A stretch of 64,000 nucleotides of DNA, from NCBI GenBank assembly GCA_050015075.1, contig JBEKCB010000001.1, positions 96,001 to 160,000 of the forward strand. The letters are read 5' to 3'. This DNA is from Candidatus Brocadiia bacterium (lineage in GTDB: Bacteria; Planctomycetota; Brocadiia; CAIUPP01). The notes beneath the pieces are model-generated. The model saw only the letters and a program-made list of their open reading frames with translations. It was not told where the DNA came from and did not search any database. Of this stretch, positions 10,060 through 20,180 are shown piece by piece (the stretch's first letter is position 1; every line of letters starts with the position of its first letter). The position numbers and the translations under genes were made by a program.

Positions 10060-11826
10060 CTACTTCCGCCTCACCCACCACACCATGCCGCCGAGCAGGG
10101 CGACCGCCAGCGGCATGCCGATGACCGCGATGAAGAAAATCGCCTTGAACGTGGCGGGGCCGCTGGCCAGCTCTCGGCGATCCGTTTTCTGCGGCGGGAT
10201 GCCGAGCTTGGTTTCCTTGTTGGTCAGCCAGTTCACGCAGTTCATCACCAGCGTGCGGTTGGCCTCGTAGCCGGCCTCCGGATGGCTGAACGCCATGTCC
10301 GAAGCCGTGTCGGTGGAGCCGATTACGACAAGCCGCGCGCCTTTTTCTGGAGGTTCGCCCGGCGGCGCGGCCTGCGATTCGCTCTTCGCGCGCCGCTGGA
10401 CGGCCACACCCACGCAGAGCGGGCCTTTCTCGCCGTGCTCGGGGTCGAACTTGAGCGGGCTCTTGGTCGGGTTCGGCTCCGCCCAACTGTTCGAGCCGGA
10501 GTAAATCAGCCCCGTCACGGCGTAGTCGGACTGCGGTCCCATCGGCCGGCCGAATTGCGCGGGCGCATCCGGCGTCGCGGCCCTCACCGGCGCGACGCGG
10601 TCCATCACGCAGTTCATCCGCGTGACGTCGTCGGTGATCGGGTGACGGCCGTAGGCGTCCACGATCAGCATCGAAGAAAGCACGTTCCGGCCCATCAGGT
10701 CGCGGGCCGGCTCGATGATGATCTCGTCGTCGCGCACGTCCACATTGTAATCAGCCAGCAGCGAATCGAGTCCGCCGAGCTTGCCGGGCGGGACGCGCGG
10801 GTGAACGAGCACGAACAGCCGACCGTCCTTCTCCAGGTATTGCCGCAGGATCTCCACCTCGCTGTCGGTGAAGGGCTTCTCGGGGCCCGCGATCACCAGC
10901 AGGTCGCAATCGGCGGGCATCTGCGGCGTCTTCAGCAGGTTGAGCGCGGCGACGCGGCAGTTCTCGCGCTTCAGGTCGAGCACGAACTGGTTGAGGTCTT
11001 TCTCCTCGTCGCCCTCGATCCCCATCTCGCCGTGGCCGGTGAGGAAGTACACGGCGGTCTGCCGGTCCTCGGTGACGTTCAGGATGGCGCTGGAGAGCTT
11101 GTCCTCGCCCTTGAACGACGGCGGCTCGGACGGCGCCGCGAACGGATTGCCCGGCAGTGACTCCACCAGGTCGGTGAAAGGAATGTGAACGCTCTTCCTG
11201 CCGCATTCGACGATGATGCTGTCGGCGGCGGTTTTCTCTTCGATGCGGGCGAAGGCTTCGTCGGCGAGAGACTTGTCACGGTAAACGTCGAGGACGTCCA
11301 CCTGGACCTTGCGCGTTTGCGCCCGGTACTGCGCCGCGAGGTCCTTCAACAGCGTGCCGACCTCGACGGTGCCGCCATAGCCGGCCTGCACCTGGCCGGA
11401 GCCGATGGCCACGGTGATCCGCACCTCTTTCTGCAGGCCTTTGCGGATGTTGCGCGTCTGCGTGGAAAGCGTGTGCACCCGCGCCTGCGTCAGGTCGAGG
11501 AACCAGGCGTCCGTCTGCGGCGTGCCGGCCACGATGGCGTTGGCGATCGCCAGCAACAGCACCGCCAGGCCCGCCATGAGCCAGGCGTTGAGCCCGGCCA
11601 GGAAGCTCCGCCGCCGGATGCCGCTCCAGAGCCACTCGACGTTGATCAGAATGCCGCCGAGCGCAAGCGCGACGCCGGCGACGAACGGAATCAGGAACGC
11701 GGCGCTCGTTGCGCCGACCCGGTCGAAGATAGCGTAGATCGCCCACGCGATGAACAGGCTCAGCACGCCCACCGGGATGCCGGCGCGCGTGAGGGTCTGC
11801 CACAGAGGAGGCTTGGCGTCAGTCAA
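10060..11826 (-). CDS. GldG-like ABC auxiliary component
   Basis: DLTQARVHTLS, VYFLTGHGE, LLVIAGP, NCVNWL and C-terminal TM. Start placed at TTG 11826 because the upstream extension merely translates a repeat. Confidence 0.85.
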   Translation of the reverse strand: MTDAKPPLWQTLTRAGIPVGVLSLFIAWAIYAIFDRVGATSAAFLIPFVAGVALALGGILINVEWLWSGIRRRSFLAGLNAWLMAGLAVLLLAIANAIVAGTPQTDAWFLDLTQARVHTLSTQTRNIRKGLQKEVRITVAIGSGQVQAGYGGTVEVGTLLKDLAAQYRAQTRKVQVDVLDVYRDKSLADEAFARIEEKTAADSIIVECGRKSVHIPFTDLVESLPGNPFAAPSEPPSFKGEDKLSSAILNVTEDRQTAVYFLTGHGEMGIEGDEEKDLNQFVLDLKRENCRVAALNLLKTPQMPADCDLLVIAGPEKPFTDSEVEILRQYLEKDGRLFVLVHPRVPPGKLGGLDSLLADYNVDVRDDEIIIEPARDLMGRNVLSSMLIVDAYGRHPITDDVTRMNCVMDRVAPVRAATPDAPAQFGRPMGPQSDYAVTGLIYSGSNSWAEPNPTKSPLKFDPEHGEKGPLCVGVAVQRRAKSESQAAPPGEPPEKGARLVVIGSTDTASDMAFSHPEAGYEANRTLVMNCVNWLTNKETKLGIPPQKTDRRELASGPATFKAIFFIAVIGMPLAVALLGGMVWWVRRK

Positions 11827-11841
11827 TGGTTGAATCCCCAA

Positions 11842-11938
11842 AATGGGAGGAATGGGAAGGATGGGAAGAATGGGAGACACGATTGTCCGCGGGCTTTCCC
11901 ATAATTCCCATTTCTCCCATGCCTTCCATTTCTCCCAT
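11842..11938. repeat. 9-nt periodic palindrome (AATGGGAAG)n...(CCCAT)n
   Basis: AATGGGAGG AATGGGAAG GATGGGAAG AATGGGAG ... TCCCATAAT TCCCATTTC TCCCATGCC TTCCATTTC TCCCAT. Confidence 0.8.
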
Positions 11939-11943
11939 CGTTT

Positions 11944-12654
11944 TCACCGCCAACGCTTGCTTTCGAGCACGCGTACGGACAAGAACAGCCAGAAGCCGGT
12001 CATGCTGCCGAAGTAAAACAGGTCCCGGAACGCGATGCGGCCGCTCGAGAAGGCGCTGAGGTGCTGCATCGTGCCGAGGTACTCGACCGAGGTCCGGAGC
12101 GGCGCGGGCAAGTAATCGCCGACCGCGCCGATGACCCACAGGACCAGCAGCGCCACGAGCGCGAAGACGGCGGCGACGATCTGGTTGCGGGTGAGCGTGC
12201 TGCAGAAAAGGCCCAGCGCGATGAATTCGCAGCCCATCGCGACCAAGCCCAGGTACGAGGAGAACATCACGCCGACATCCGGCTTGCCCAGGACCCGCAG
12301 GATGACCGCGTAGGCGAGCGTCGGGGCGAGCATGAAGCCGTAAAACGCCAGCGCGCCGATGAATTTGCCGAGGATGACCTGGAACTCCGTCACCGGCGCG
12401 GTCATCAGCGTTTCGATCGTCCCGCTGCGGTACTCCTCGCTCAACAGCCGCATCGTCAGCAGCGGCATGGCCACCAGGAAGAAGAACGAGATGATCCCGA
12501 CCGTGCCCTCCAGGCTGGCCTCGTGCGTGCGGCTGGCGAAGAGCCAGAAGAAGAAGCCGCTGAAGATGAGGAAGACGGTGAGCACCGTCCAGGCCAGCAT
12601 CGAGAGGAACGCGGCGTTGATCTCGCGCCGGGCGACCGCCAGGGCGTTGCGCAT
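11944..12654 (-). CDS. ABC-2 type permease (GldF-like)
   Basis: MRLLSEEYRSGTIETLMTAPV, LGKF and about six TM segments. Confidence 0.9.
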   Translation of the reverse strand: MRNALAVARREINAAFLSMLAWTVLTVFLIFSGFFFWLFASRTHEASLEGTVGIISFFFLVAMPLLTMRLLSEEYRSGTIETLMTAPVTEFQVILGKFIGALAFYGFMLAPTLAYAVILRVLGKPDVGVMFSSYLGLVAMGCEFIALGLFCSTLTRNQIVAAVFALVALLVLWVIGAVGDYLPAPLRTSVEYLGTMQHLSAFSSGRIAFRDLFYFGSMTGFWLFLSVRVLESKRWR

Positions 12655-12670
12655 CAACCGAGCTCCTCTC

Positions 12671-12760
12671 TCACCACGACGACACTACGGGCACAACGAA
12701 CAGCGACACAACATCCTGCTGTAACATTAGTTACGTCGTGATCGTCGTGTCGTCGTGATG
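12671..12760. repeat. 9-nt periodic palindrome CACCACGACGACAC...GTGTCGTCGTG (family C)
   Basis: Arms match the element at 51046-51152; half copy at 16066-16084. Confidence 0.8.
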
Positions 12761-12774
12761 TAGGCATACATTCC

Positions 12775-13737
12775 TTAGCGGTTATCGCTCGTCGTCAGCC
12801 GCACGAAGATGTCCTCCAGCGAAGGCTGCTCCTTGCGGAGTTCGCGGAGCGCCCAGCCGTGGCGGACCATGCGCCGGGCGACTTCCTCGCGCACGTCGGC
12901 GCCGGGCGTCACGTCAATCTCGAAGACGCTCCAGGGCGCGCCGCTCTCGGCGGGCGAAGCCGGACGGAGGACGCGGAGCACGCCGGGCGTCTCTTTCAGA
13001 ACGGCGGCCGCTTTCTCCGCCTCGGCCGGACCCACGCGCGCCTCGACGATCACCTTCCCGCCGCCGGACGACTGCCGCGCGATATTCGCCAGCGTGTCCT
13101 GAAAGACCAGCTTGCCGCTCTGGATGATGATCACGCGGCCGCAGACCATCTCGACCTCGGGCAGGATGTGCGTGCTCAGGAGCACGGTATGCTTCTGGCC
13201 GAGGTCGCGGATGAGGTCGCGGACCAGGCGGACCTGGTTCGGGTCGAGGCCGATGGTCGGCTCGTCGAGGATCAGCACCGGCGGATCGCTCACGAGCGCA
13301 TCGGCCAGCCCGACGCGCTGGCGATAGCCCTTCGAGAGGCTGCCGATCAGCTTCCGCTCGGCATCGGCCACGCCGCAGCGGTCCATCACGTACTCCACCC
13401 GCATCCGGCGCTCGCGCTCGGGCACTTCCTTGATCCGCGCGCGGTACGCCAGGTATTCGCGCACGCGCATCTCCGGGTACAGCGGCACGCCTTCGGGCAG
13501 GTAACCGATATTCCGCCGCACTTCGAGCGAGTCGCCGAAGACCTCGTGTCCCGCGATGGTCACTCGGCCGGACGTGGCCGGCAGGTAACAGGTGAGGATG
13601 CGCATCGTCGTGGTTTTGCCCGCGCCGTTCGGCCCCAGGAAGCCGACGATCTCGCCCTGCTCGACCTGGAACGTAATCCCGTCCACGGCCGTCGTCGAGC
13701 CGTAGCGCTTGGTCAACTGTTCCACCTGGATCATCAC
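12775..13737 (-). CDS. ABC transporter ATP-binding protein (GldA-like)
   Basis: GPNGAGKTT, LSKGYRQR, ILDEPT, STH. Confidence 0.93.
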   Translation of the reverse strand: MMIQVEQLTKRYGSTTAVDGITFQVEQGEIVGFLGPNGAGKTTTMRILTCYLPATSGRVTIAGHEVFGDSLEVRRNIGYLPEGVPLYPEMRVREYLAYRARIKEVPERERRMRVEYVMDRCGVADAERKLIGSLSKGYRQRVGLADALVSDPPVLILDEPTIGLDPNQVRLVRDLIRDLGQKHTVLLSTHILPEVEMVCGRVIIIQSGKLVFQDTLANIARQSSGGGKVIVEARVGPAEAEKAAAVLKETPGVLRVLRPASPAESGAPWSVFEIDVTPGADVREEVARRMVRHGWALRELRKEQPSLEDIFVRLTTSDNR

Positions 13738-13901
13738 GGCCGGAGGCCTTCAGAAAACGCGGGATTCGTTCCCTCAACAGGCGGTGGAACGGCGAATCCA
13801 CATTGTAATCCCGCCGCCTGCGTTATTTCAAGTTTGAAGCCGCGGCGCCCGGTGTGATAGAATCCGTGGCGTCCAAAGGTCATCTCGAGGGAGAACGTGG
13901 A

Positions 13902-14039
13902 ATGAAGCTCCATATTCGCAAGAGCACCATCAAGAAGATTCGCAAGAGCGGCTTCAGGGCGCGCATGAAGACGCGCGGCGGACGGAAGGTCCTCAGCCGC
14001 CGCCGGTTCCAGGGAAAGAAGCGGCTGACCAACGTCTAG
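13902..14039 (+). CDS. rpmH: 50S ribosomal protein bL34
   Basis: 45 aa, highly basic, [25 protein letters not shown]. Confidence 0.9.
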   Translation: MKLHIRKSTIKKIRKSGFRARMKTRGGRKVLSRRRFQGKKRLTNV

Positions 14040-14050
14040 ACGGAAGACGC

Positions 14051-14115
14051 TGGACGATGGACGATAGATGATGGAAGGAATTCCGTGATCTATCGTCCAT
14101 CGTCTATTGTCCATC
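14051..14115. repeat. Heptamer palindrome (TGGACGA)n...(TCGTCCA)n
   Basis: TGGACGA TGGACGA TAGATGA TGGA ... TCTATCG TCCATCG TCTATTG TCCATC, between convergent genes. Confidence 0.8.
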
Positions 14116-15045
14116 CGCCATGCTCATCCGTCCCGCTTCCCACATGGCCCGGCACGTGGCGTGATGCGCGCGGACGGTGTCCTGCGTATTGCGCGCATAG
14201 CCGCCGCCGAGCACTCCGGCCACGGGAATCCTCCGGCGCAGGCAGTTCCCGATCACCCGATCGTCGCGCTTCCGAAGTCCCTCCAGCGTCAAGGCCAGTC
14301 CGCCCAGTTGATCGCCCGCCAGCGGGTCCGCGCCGGCCAGGTACACGACCAGCTCCGGGCGGAACGCGTCGAGCACCTCCGGCAGGTGCGCATCGAGCAG
14401 CCCGAGATAGTCCTCGTCGCCGAGGCCGTCCTCGAGCGCGACATCGAGCCTGCCCGGCTGCTTGGCCGGGTAATTGTTCTCCTGGTGCATGCTGAACGTG
14501 AACACGGACGGGTCCGACCGGAAGATGAAGGCCGTGCCGTTGCCCTGGTGCACGTCGAGGTCCACCACGGCGACGCGCGCGGCCCGGCCGTCGGCGCGGA
14601 TGCGCCGGACCGCGACGGCGATATCGTTGACGTAGCAGAATCCCTCCGCGTGGTCCGGGAAGGCGTGGTGGAAGCCGCCGGCGAGGTTCATCGAGAGCCC
14701 CTCGCTCAGCGCCCGGCGGCAGCAGAGGATCGTCCCGCCCGTGCCGAGCAGGTTCGCGCGGATGATCGGCTCGCTGATGGGCAACTCCGACGACCGCGTG
14801 CGCGCGGTGTGCCGGAACGCGAGCAGGTCGCGGACGTATTCCTCCGTGTGGACGAGCAGCAGGTCCTCGCGCGAGGCCGCCTCCGGCGCGAGAAACCGCT
14901 CCGCCGGGATATCGCCGTCCGCGAGCAGCGCCTGCCGGACCAGGCGGTACTTCTCCGTAGGAAACACATGCGCGCCGATGTCGCAGTAGTACTCCGGCGA
15001 GTAGACGAACGTGCAGCCGGCGGAAGGGAATCGGTCTTCAGTCAT
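14104..15045 (-). CDS. Histone deacetylase family (Zn-dependent) protein
   Basis: HVFPTEKY, GGFHHA, GFCYVND, DLDVHQGNGT, GADP..GDQLG, GGGY. Confidence 0.92.
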   Translation of the reverse strand: MTEDRFPSAGCTFVYSPEYYCDIGAHVFPTEKYRLVRQALLADGDIPAERFLAPEAASREDLLLVHTEEYVRDLLAFRHTARTRSSELPISEPIIRANLLGTGGTILCCRRALSEGLSMNLAGGFHHAFPDHAEGFCYVNDIAVAVRRIRADGRAARVAVVDLDVHQGNGTAFIFRSDPSVFTFSMHQENNYPAKQPGRLDVALEDGLGDEDYLGLLDAHLPEVLDAFRPELVVYLAGADPLAGDQLGGLALTLEGLRKRDDRVIGNCLRRRIPVAGVLGGGYARNTQDTVRAHHATCRAMWEAGRMSMADGQ

Positions 15046-15072
15046 GCGGATGGTACTCGAGCAAGAATACGA

Positions 15073-16017
15073 TTACGAGGCCATAGGCGGTTTCCTGCCC
15101 CGTTTGGACCGGTAGAACTCCACCGCTTTCGGGATGCCCTGTTCGATGGCGACGCGCGGGCGCCAGCCGAGTTCGTCGCGGATGCGGCTCGCGTCGAGCG
15201 CGATGCGCTGCACTTCGCCCTTGCGGAATTCGGAGTGGACTGCTTCGATTTTCACCCCGACGGCGTCGCGCACGGCCGCGAAAACCTGGTCGTCGCTCAC
15301 CTCGCGCCCGGTGCCGACGTTGAAGGCGCCGCCGTCGCCCGCGTCGAGCGCCAGGACGTTCGCCTGGACGATGTCGGAGACGAAGACGTAGTCGCGCGTC
15401 TTCGTGCCGTCGCCGAAGATGGTCGGCGTCTTGCCCTCGAGCAGCAGCTCGCTGAAGATCGCCACGACGCCGGCCTCGCCGTGCGAATCCTGCCGCGGGC
15501 CGTAAACGTTCGCGTAGCGCAGCACGGTGAAGCGCATCTCGTTGAGGAGGCCGAAGAGCTCAAGGTATTTCTCGGCGGCGTACTTGGAGACGCCGTACGG
15601 GCAGAGCGGGCGCACGCGCGTGTCTTCGCGCGCGGGCAGCTTCGGCGGGTCGCCGTAGCACGCGCCGCCGGATGAGGCGTAAATGACTTTGCCGCAGCCG
15701 TGCGCCGCGGCGGCCTGGAAAAGCCGCACCGACCCGACGACGTTGACGGTGGCGTCGAACTCCGGCGCGTCCACCGAGCGCCGGACGTTGACCTGCGCGG
15801 CGTGATGGCTGACCACCTCGGGACGGAATTCGTCGAAGGCGCCCGCGAGCCGCTCGTCGAGCAGGCTCATCCGGAAGAGCTTCGCCCGCGGGTTGACGTT
15901 CTCCGGCTTCCCGGACGAGAGGTCGTCGAGGACGGCAACCTGGTGCCCCAACTCGATGTATCGGTCGGCCACGTGGCTGCCGATGAAACCCGCGCCGCCG
16001 GTGACGAGAATTCGCAT
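15073..16017 (-). CDS. NAD-dependent epimerase/dehydratase (UDP-glucose 4-epimerase-like)
   Basis: MRILVTGGAGFIGSH, YGVSK, LRYANVYGPRQ, TRDYVFV. Confidence 0.9.
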   Translation of the reverse strand: MRILVTGGAGFIGSHVADRYIELGHQVAVLDDLSSGKPENVNPRAKLFRMSLLDERLAGAFDEFRPEVVSHHAAQVNVRRSVDAPEFDATVNVVGSVRLFQAAAAHGCGKVIYASSGGACYGDPPKLPAREDTRVRPLCPYGVSKYAAEKYLELFGLLNEMRFTVLRYANVYGPRQDSHGEAGVVAIFSELLLEGKTPTIFGDGTKTRDYVFVSDIVQANVLALDAGDGGAFNVGTGREVSDDQVFAAVRDAVGVKIEAVHSEFRKGEVQRIALDASRIRDELGWRPRVAIEQGIPKAVEFYRSKRGRKPPMAS

Positions 16018-16065
16018 GAAGTCCTTTCCTGCATGAAAAACCTTGCTTCGCACTCGCGGCGGGTC

Positions 16066-16107
16066 TCACCACGACGACACGACGTACGCAGTCCGCACTC
16101 CGCACTC
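16066..16107. repeat. Half of family C element abutting a heptamer array (TCCGCAC)n
   Basis: TCACCACGACGACACGACG followed by CGCAGTC CGCACTC CGCACTC. Confidence 0.6.
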
Positions 16108-16114
16108 GCCGTTC

Positions 16115-17209
16115 TCACGCCTCTTTTTGCGGAGGCTTTTTCGAGTTGTCTTTCTCTTCCGACGCCGGCTTCTTCGGAGCGTCCTTCTCTTCGGCCTGTT
16201 TCTCGCCGCCGTGATCGGCGCGGATGCGCGCGAAAACCATGCGCCCGGCGCTGGTCTGGAGCGTGCTGGTCACGACGACGATGACCGACTCGCTGATATG
16301 CGTCCGCCCACCCTCGACCACGACCATCGTTCCGTCCTGCAGATAGCCCACGCCCTGTCCGGGCTCGTCGCCGGGGCGGAGGACCTGCACCGTGCGCTCC
16401 TCGCCGGCCAGGACGGTCGGCCGCAGGGCGTTGGCGATCTCGTTGAGATTGATGGTCTCCACGTTCTGAAGCTCGGCGAACTTGGCCAGGTTGTAATCGC
16501 AGGTCAGAATCCGCGCCTGCAACTGGCCGGCCAGGCTGACGAGCTTGCTGTCCACCGTGTTCCCGCGCGCGGCGCGGCCGTCGTGGATCTGAATCGCCAG
16601 CCGCTCGTCGCGCTGGAGCCGCTGGAGCATTTCCAGCCCGCGCCGTCCGCGGTTGCGGCGGAGCCGGTCGGCGGAGTCGGCGACGTGCTGAAGTTCCTGG
16701 AGGACGAACTTCGGGATGATCAGCGTCGTGTCGAAGAGCCGCGTCTCGCACAGCTCGGCCAGCCGCCCGTCAATGACCGCGCTCGTGTCAATCATGACCG
16801 GCCGCGCGCCCTTTTCCTCTTTCTGGAACTCCACGTACGGGATGATGAAGCGGAACCGGTCGCGCGTCTTGTAGATCACCATCACGCAGACGTAACAACT
16901 GACGACCGCCAGCGCCAGGGTGATCAGCAGTTGCTGATCGCGGCTGCTCGACATGACCACCGGGACGTTGGCCAACTGCAGAATGTAGTTGAAAAGGATC
17001 GCGACGAGGCAGCCGGTGATGAGCCCGAACACGATCGCGCTGATGGATTGGATCGGCCGCTTGCTGAGCACGAACTCCAGCGAGATGATGACGACCGCGC
17101 ACGCCAGGCCGATCAGGATCCCCATTAACTGGTAGTCCTCGCCGGCGAACTTCAGGCCGATGCCCGCGCACGCGAGCAGAAATAAAACCCGCATCACCCA
17201 CGCCGTCAT
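16115..17209 (-). CDS. PIN/TRAM domain membrane protein (YacL-like)
   Basis: N-terminal TMs, IDTSAVIDGR, FVLQELQ, RGRRGLE, QGVGYLQDGTMVVVE, QTSAGRMVF. Confidence 0.9.
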   Translation of the reverse strand: MTAWVMRVLFLLACAGIGLKFAGEDYQLMGILIGLACAVVIISLEFVLSKRPIQSISAIVFGLITGCLVAILFNYILQLANVPVVMSSSRDQQLLITLALAVVSCYVCVMVIYKTRDRFRFIIPYVEFQKEEKGARPVMIDTSAVIDGRLAELCETRLFDTTLIIPKFVLQELQHVADSADRLRRNRGRRGLEMLQRLQRDERLAIQIHDGRAARGNTVDSKLVSLAGQLQARILTCDYNLAKFAELQNVETINLNEIANALRPTVLAGEERTVQVLRPGDEPGQGVGYLQDGTMVVVEGGRTHISESVIVVVTSTLQTSAGRMVFARIRADHGGEKQAEEKDAPKKPASEEKDNSKKPPQKEA

Positions 17210-18498
17210 GGCGCCTCAACTCCTTTCTGCGTCATCAACCGGATCTTCGAGGTCGGGACCCATTCGTACGTCCCGTCCGGAAGGTGAAAGACCCAGGCCG
17301 TCTCGTTCGCCGGCCCGGCCGCGAGGGTCACAAACTCGCCCTCGAACTGCTTCTGGTCGCGCGTCGTCACCACCCACATCGTGCCGCCCGACGGCATCGG
17401 CGTCGTCGCGCCGACCGGGCCCGTCACGCGTTCGGGCAACGCGGTCCCGGCGGGCTTCGGCCGGGCCGTCAAAAGCGCGATGAGCGCTACCGTCAGCGCC
17501 GTCACTGCCACCGCCGCGGTGATCAGCGCGATCCAGGTCCAGATGCGCTGGCCTCGCGTCGCCGAGGGAGATTCCCACCGCAGAGCGGCGCTGCGGCCCG
17601 CCGACGTCCGCGTCGGCCGCGAAACCGCCCGCTCGACCCGCGCGAGCAATTCCTGTACGACCCGGTCCGGCTGGAGTCCCTCCGGAGCCAGTTTCCCGAG
17701 GTCCGCCAGCAGTTCGGCGACTGAAGGATACCGCTCCGACGGCTTCTTTGCAAGGAGCCGCTCGATGATCCGCCCGAGTTCCGGCGGCGTTCCGGGCGCC
17801 GCGGCAAGCAACGGCGGCACGGGCGCCTGCACGTGCTGGCGCAGGATCTCGATCGTGTCCTTGCCGCCGAACGGCGGTCGCCCGGCGAGCATCTCGTAGA
17901 GCACCACGCCGATGGAATAGAGGTCGGAGCGCTCGTCGGCCTTCTCGCCGCGCGCCTGCTCCGGCGACATGTATTCGGGCGTGCCGAGCACCGCCCCGGC
18001 GGCGGTCAGGTCCTGCCGCTCCGCGCGGCGCGCCAGGCCGAAGTCCATCAGCACCACGCGCCCGGAGGAGTCGAGCATGATGTTGCCGGGCTTCACGTCG
18101 CGGTGGACGATCCCGGCCCGGTGCACGGCCTCCAGCGCGCGCAGCACCTGCCCGAGGACCGCGAACGCCTCGGCGAGCGTCAGCCGCCCGGCGGCGGCGA
18201 GCACCTCCTTGAGCGACAGGCCCGTGATCAGCTCCATGGAGTAGTAGCTGACCGGCCCTTCCTGGCCGACGGCGAAGATGCGGATGAGGCTCGGGTGCTC
18301 CACGCCGCCCAGGGCGCGCGCCTCTTCATGGAACCTCTCGCGCAGCACGGGATCGCGCGCGAGTTCGGCCGGCAGGATCTTGATCGCCACTTCGCGGTCG
18401 AGGACCGGGTCGTACGCGCGGTAAACGCAGGACATGCCGCCGCTGCCCAGCGGCTCGCGCAGGTGGTAACGGCTGAGTTTCTCTCCGGGTGCGATCAC
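17206..18498 (-). CDS. Hanks-type Ser/Thr protein kinase with C-terminal TM
   Basis: GSGGMS, VAIK, HRDVKPGN, DFG, GTPEYMSPE and DLYSIG all intact. Confidence 0.93.
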   Translation of the reverse strand: MIAPGEKLSRYHLREPLGSGGMSCVYRAYDPVLDREVAIKILPAELARDPVLRERFHEEARALGGVEHPSLIRIFAVGQEGPVSYYSMELITGLSLKEVLAAAGRLTLAEAFAVLGQVLRALEAVHRAGIVHRDVKPGNIMLDSSGRVVLMDFGLARRAERQDLTAAGAVLGTPEYMSPEQARGEKADERSDLYSIGVVLYEMLAGRPPFGGKDTIEILRQHVQAPVPPLLAAAPGTPPELGRIIERLLAKKPSERYPSVAELLADLGKLAPEGLQPDRVVQELLARVERAVSRPTRTSAGRSAALRWESPSATRGQRIWTWIALITAAVAVTALTVALIALLTARPKPAGTALPERVTGPVGATTPMPSGGTMWVVTTRDQKQFEGEFVTLAAGPANETAWVFHLPDGTYEWVPTSKIRLMTQKGVEAP

Positions 18499-18662
18499 GC
18501 GTCCACTCGCTGGTATGCCCGCCCGGAACCGTATTCACGGCCTCGGCCATCATGGTAATCATTCCCGCCCCGGCGCGCAATGCCGGCGGGCGCGCGGCGC
18601 CGCCGTCCGCCATTCCCAGCCAGGCGGGGCCGAAAGGCACCCATTTTCCTCGCGGAAAACGC

Positions 18663-18692
18663 TTGACAGGCCCTGCGGGGCTGCTTTATACT
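18663..18692 (+). promoter_or_regulatory. Sigma70-type promoter
   Basis: TTGACA-18 nt-TATACT upstream of 18743. Confidence 0.55.
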
Positions 18693-18742
18693 GACCGACT
18701 GTCGGCCGTGATTGTGTCTTTCTGTTTGGGCGAGGAAAATCC

Positions 18743-18937
18743 ATGCACAAGCTCATTATGACTGCGTTGCTGGCGGCGGCCTGCCTGTCCATCAGCGGCT
18801 GCATGACCTTCGACCAGGAGCACGACCGGCAGATTGTGCGCTACTGGAAGAACGATATCCGCAGCATTCACGAAGACATTGATTTCATCCTCTACTGCGA
18901 TATGGATTCCGGGCTCGGCGAGATTTACCTGCGCTGA
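18743..18937 (+). CDS. Small lipoprotein
   Basis: Signal peptide with lipobox ISG|C; GAGG RBS and promoter upstream. Confidence 0.75.
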   Translation: MHKLIMTALLAAACLSISGCMTFDQEHDRQIVRYWKNDIRSIHEDIDFILYCDMDSGLGEIYLR

Positions 18938-19099
18938 GCCGTCCGAAGCCGCCCGCCCGCTGCACTCCGGCAGCGGGTTGACCCGCGAAAAAACCCGCCT
19001 CTTTGCCGCGCGCCCATTTTATCGCCTGACCGCGCGCTTGTGCGGCCGATTGCCCTCGCGATATAATCCGCGCATTCAAGCCTGTGCGGAGGCCGCGCC

Positions 19100-19654
19100 T
19101 TGGGACGCCCTGTTCCACATGCTCCCGTTAGCCTTATCGTCGGAATGCTCAGCGCGTCGGCGGAAGTGCTCGACCGCGCCGAGGCGATGCTCGCCGAGCG
19201 TTTTGGCAAGCCGGCTTGCGCGACCGGGGCGATGAAGTTCGACTTCACCGGCTACTACGAGCCGGAGATGGGCGCGAACCTGCTGCGCAAGTTCATCGCC
19301 TTCGAGCGCCCGGTGAACCCGGCGGACCTCGCCGAGATCAAGCTCTGGACGAACGGAGTCGAGGCGCTGTTCAGCGAAGCGGCCGCGTCGCAGGGCCTGT
19401 CCGTCCGGCGGCCGATCAACCTGGATCCGGGTTACGTCGCGCCCTCGAAGCTCGTGCTGGCCACCACGAAGGACCACGCGCACCGCATTTACCTGGGGCG
19501 CGGCATTTACGCGGAGGTCACGCTGACTTTTCTCAAGGGCGCTTTCGAGCCGATGCCGTGGACGTATCCGGACTACCGCACCGAGGCGTATCGCCGCTTC
19601 TTCGAGCAGGTCCGCGCGGACCTCGTCGCCCGTCAAAGAACGGCGCAGTCTTGA
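19100..19654 (+). CDS. DUF4416 family protein
   Basis: YYEPEMG, RPINLDPGY, LVLATTKDHAHRIYLGRGIYAEVTL, WTYPDY. Confidence 0.85.
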   Translation: MGRPVPHAPVSLIVGMLSASAEVLDRAEAMLAERFGKPACATGAMKFDFTGYYEPEMGANLLRKFIAFERPVNPADLAEIKLWTNGVEALFSEAAASQGLSVRRPINLDPGYVAPSKLVLATTKDHAHRIYLGRGIYAEVTLTFLKGAFEPMPWTYPDYRTEAYRRFFEQVRADLVARQRTAQS

Positions 19655-19685
19655 CCATTCCGCCCAGTCCATGAAAGGAAACGAG

Positions 19686-20156
19686 ATGGAACGAACGCTG
19701 CTGATCGTGAAGCCGGACGCGCTCCAGCGCAAGCTCGCGGGAAAGATCCTCAGCCGGTTCGAGGAGAAGGGGTTTCAGATCATCGCCGTGAAGATGGCGC
19801 GGCTGCCGGAGAAGACGATCCGCGAGCACTACGCCGCGCACAAGGGGAAAGCGTTCTACGAGCCGCTGGTGCGCTACATGACCGCGCAGCCGGTGCTGCT
19901 GCTGGTGGTCCGCGCGAAAGGGGCTATCGCGATGGCGCGCAAGATGATGGGCGCGACGTTCGGCTGCAACGCGGAGCCCGGCACGATCCGCGGCGATTTC
20001 GCCGTCAGCAACCGCTTCAATCTTATCCACGGCTCCGATTCGCCCGAGGCGGCTGAGAAGGAGATTGGACTCTTTTTCTCGAACGCGGAGCTCTTCGATA
20101 CGCCGGATTCGCAGGAAGCGGTGCTTTATGATCTTTCGACGGGAGAGCGGGTTTAG
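19686..20156 (+). CDS. ndk: Nucleoside diphosphate kinase
   Basis: ERTLLIVKPD, PGTIRGDF, NLIHGSDS. Confidence 0.96.
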   Translation: MERTLLIVKPDALQRKLAGKILSRFEEKGFQIIAVKMARLPEKTIREHYAAHKGKAFYEPLVRYMTAQPVLLLVVRAKGAIAMARKMMGATFGCNAEPGTIRGDFAVSNRFNLIHGSDSPEAAEKEIGLFFSNAELFDTPDSQEAVLYDLSTGERV

Positions 20157-20180
20157 GCGACGATTTGTGGCATCCTGCGA

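Noticed and set aside
11827-11880. N-terminal extension MSPILPILPIPPIL on the GldG-like ORF
   Set aside because: It is the translation of the 9-nt periodic repeat; the real start is probably TTG 11826.
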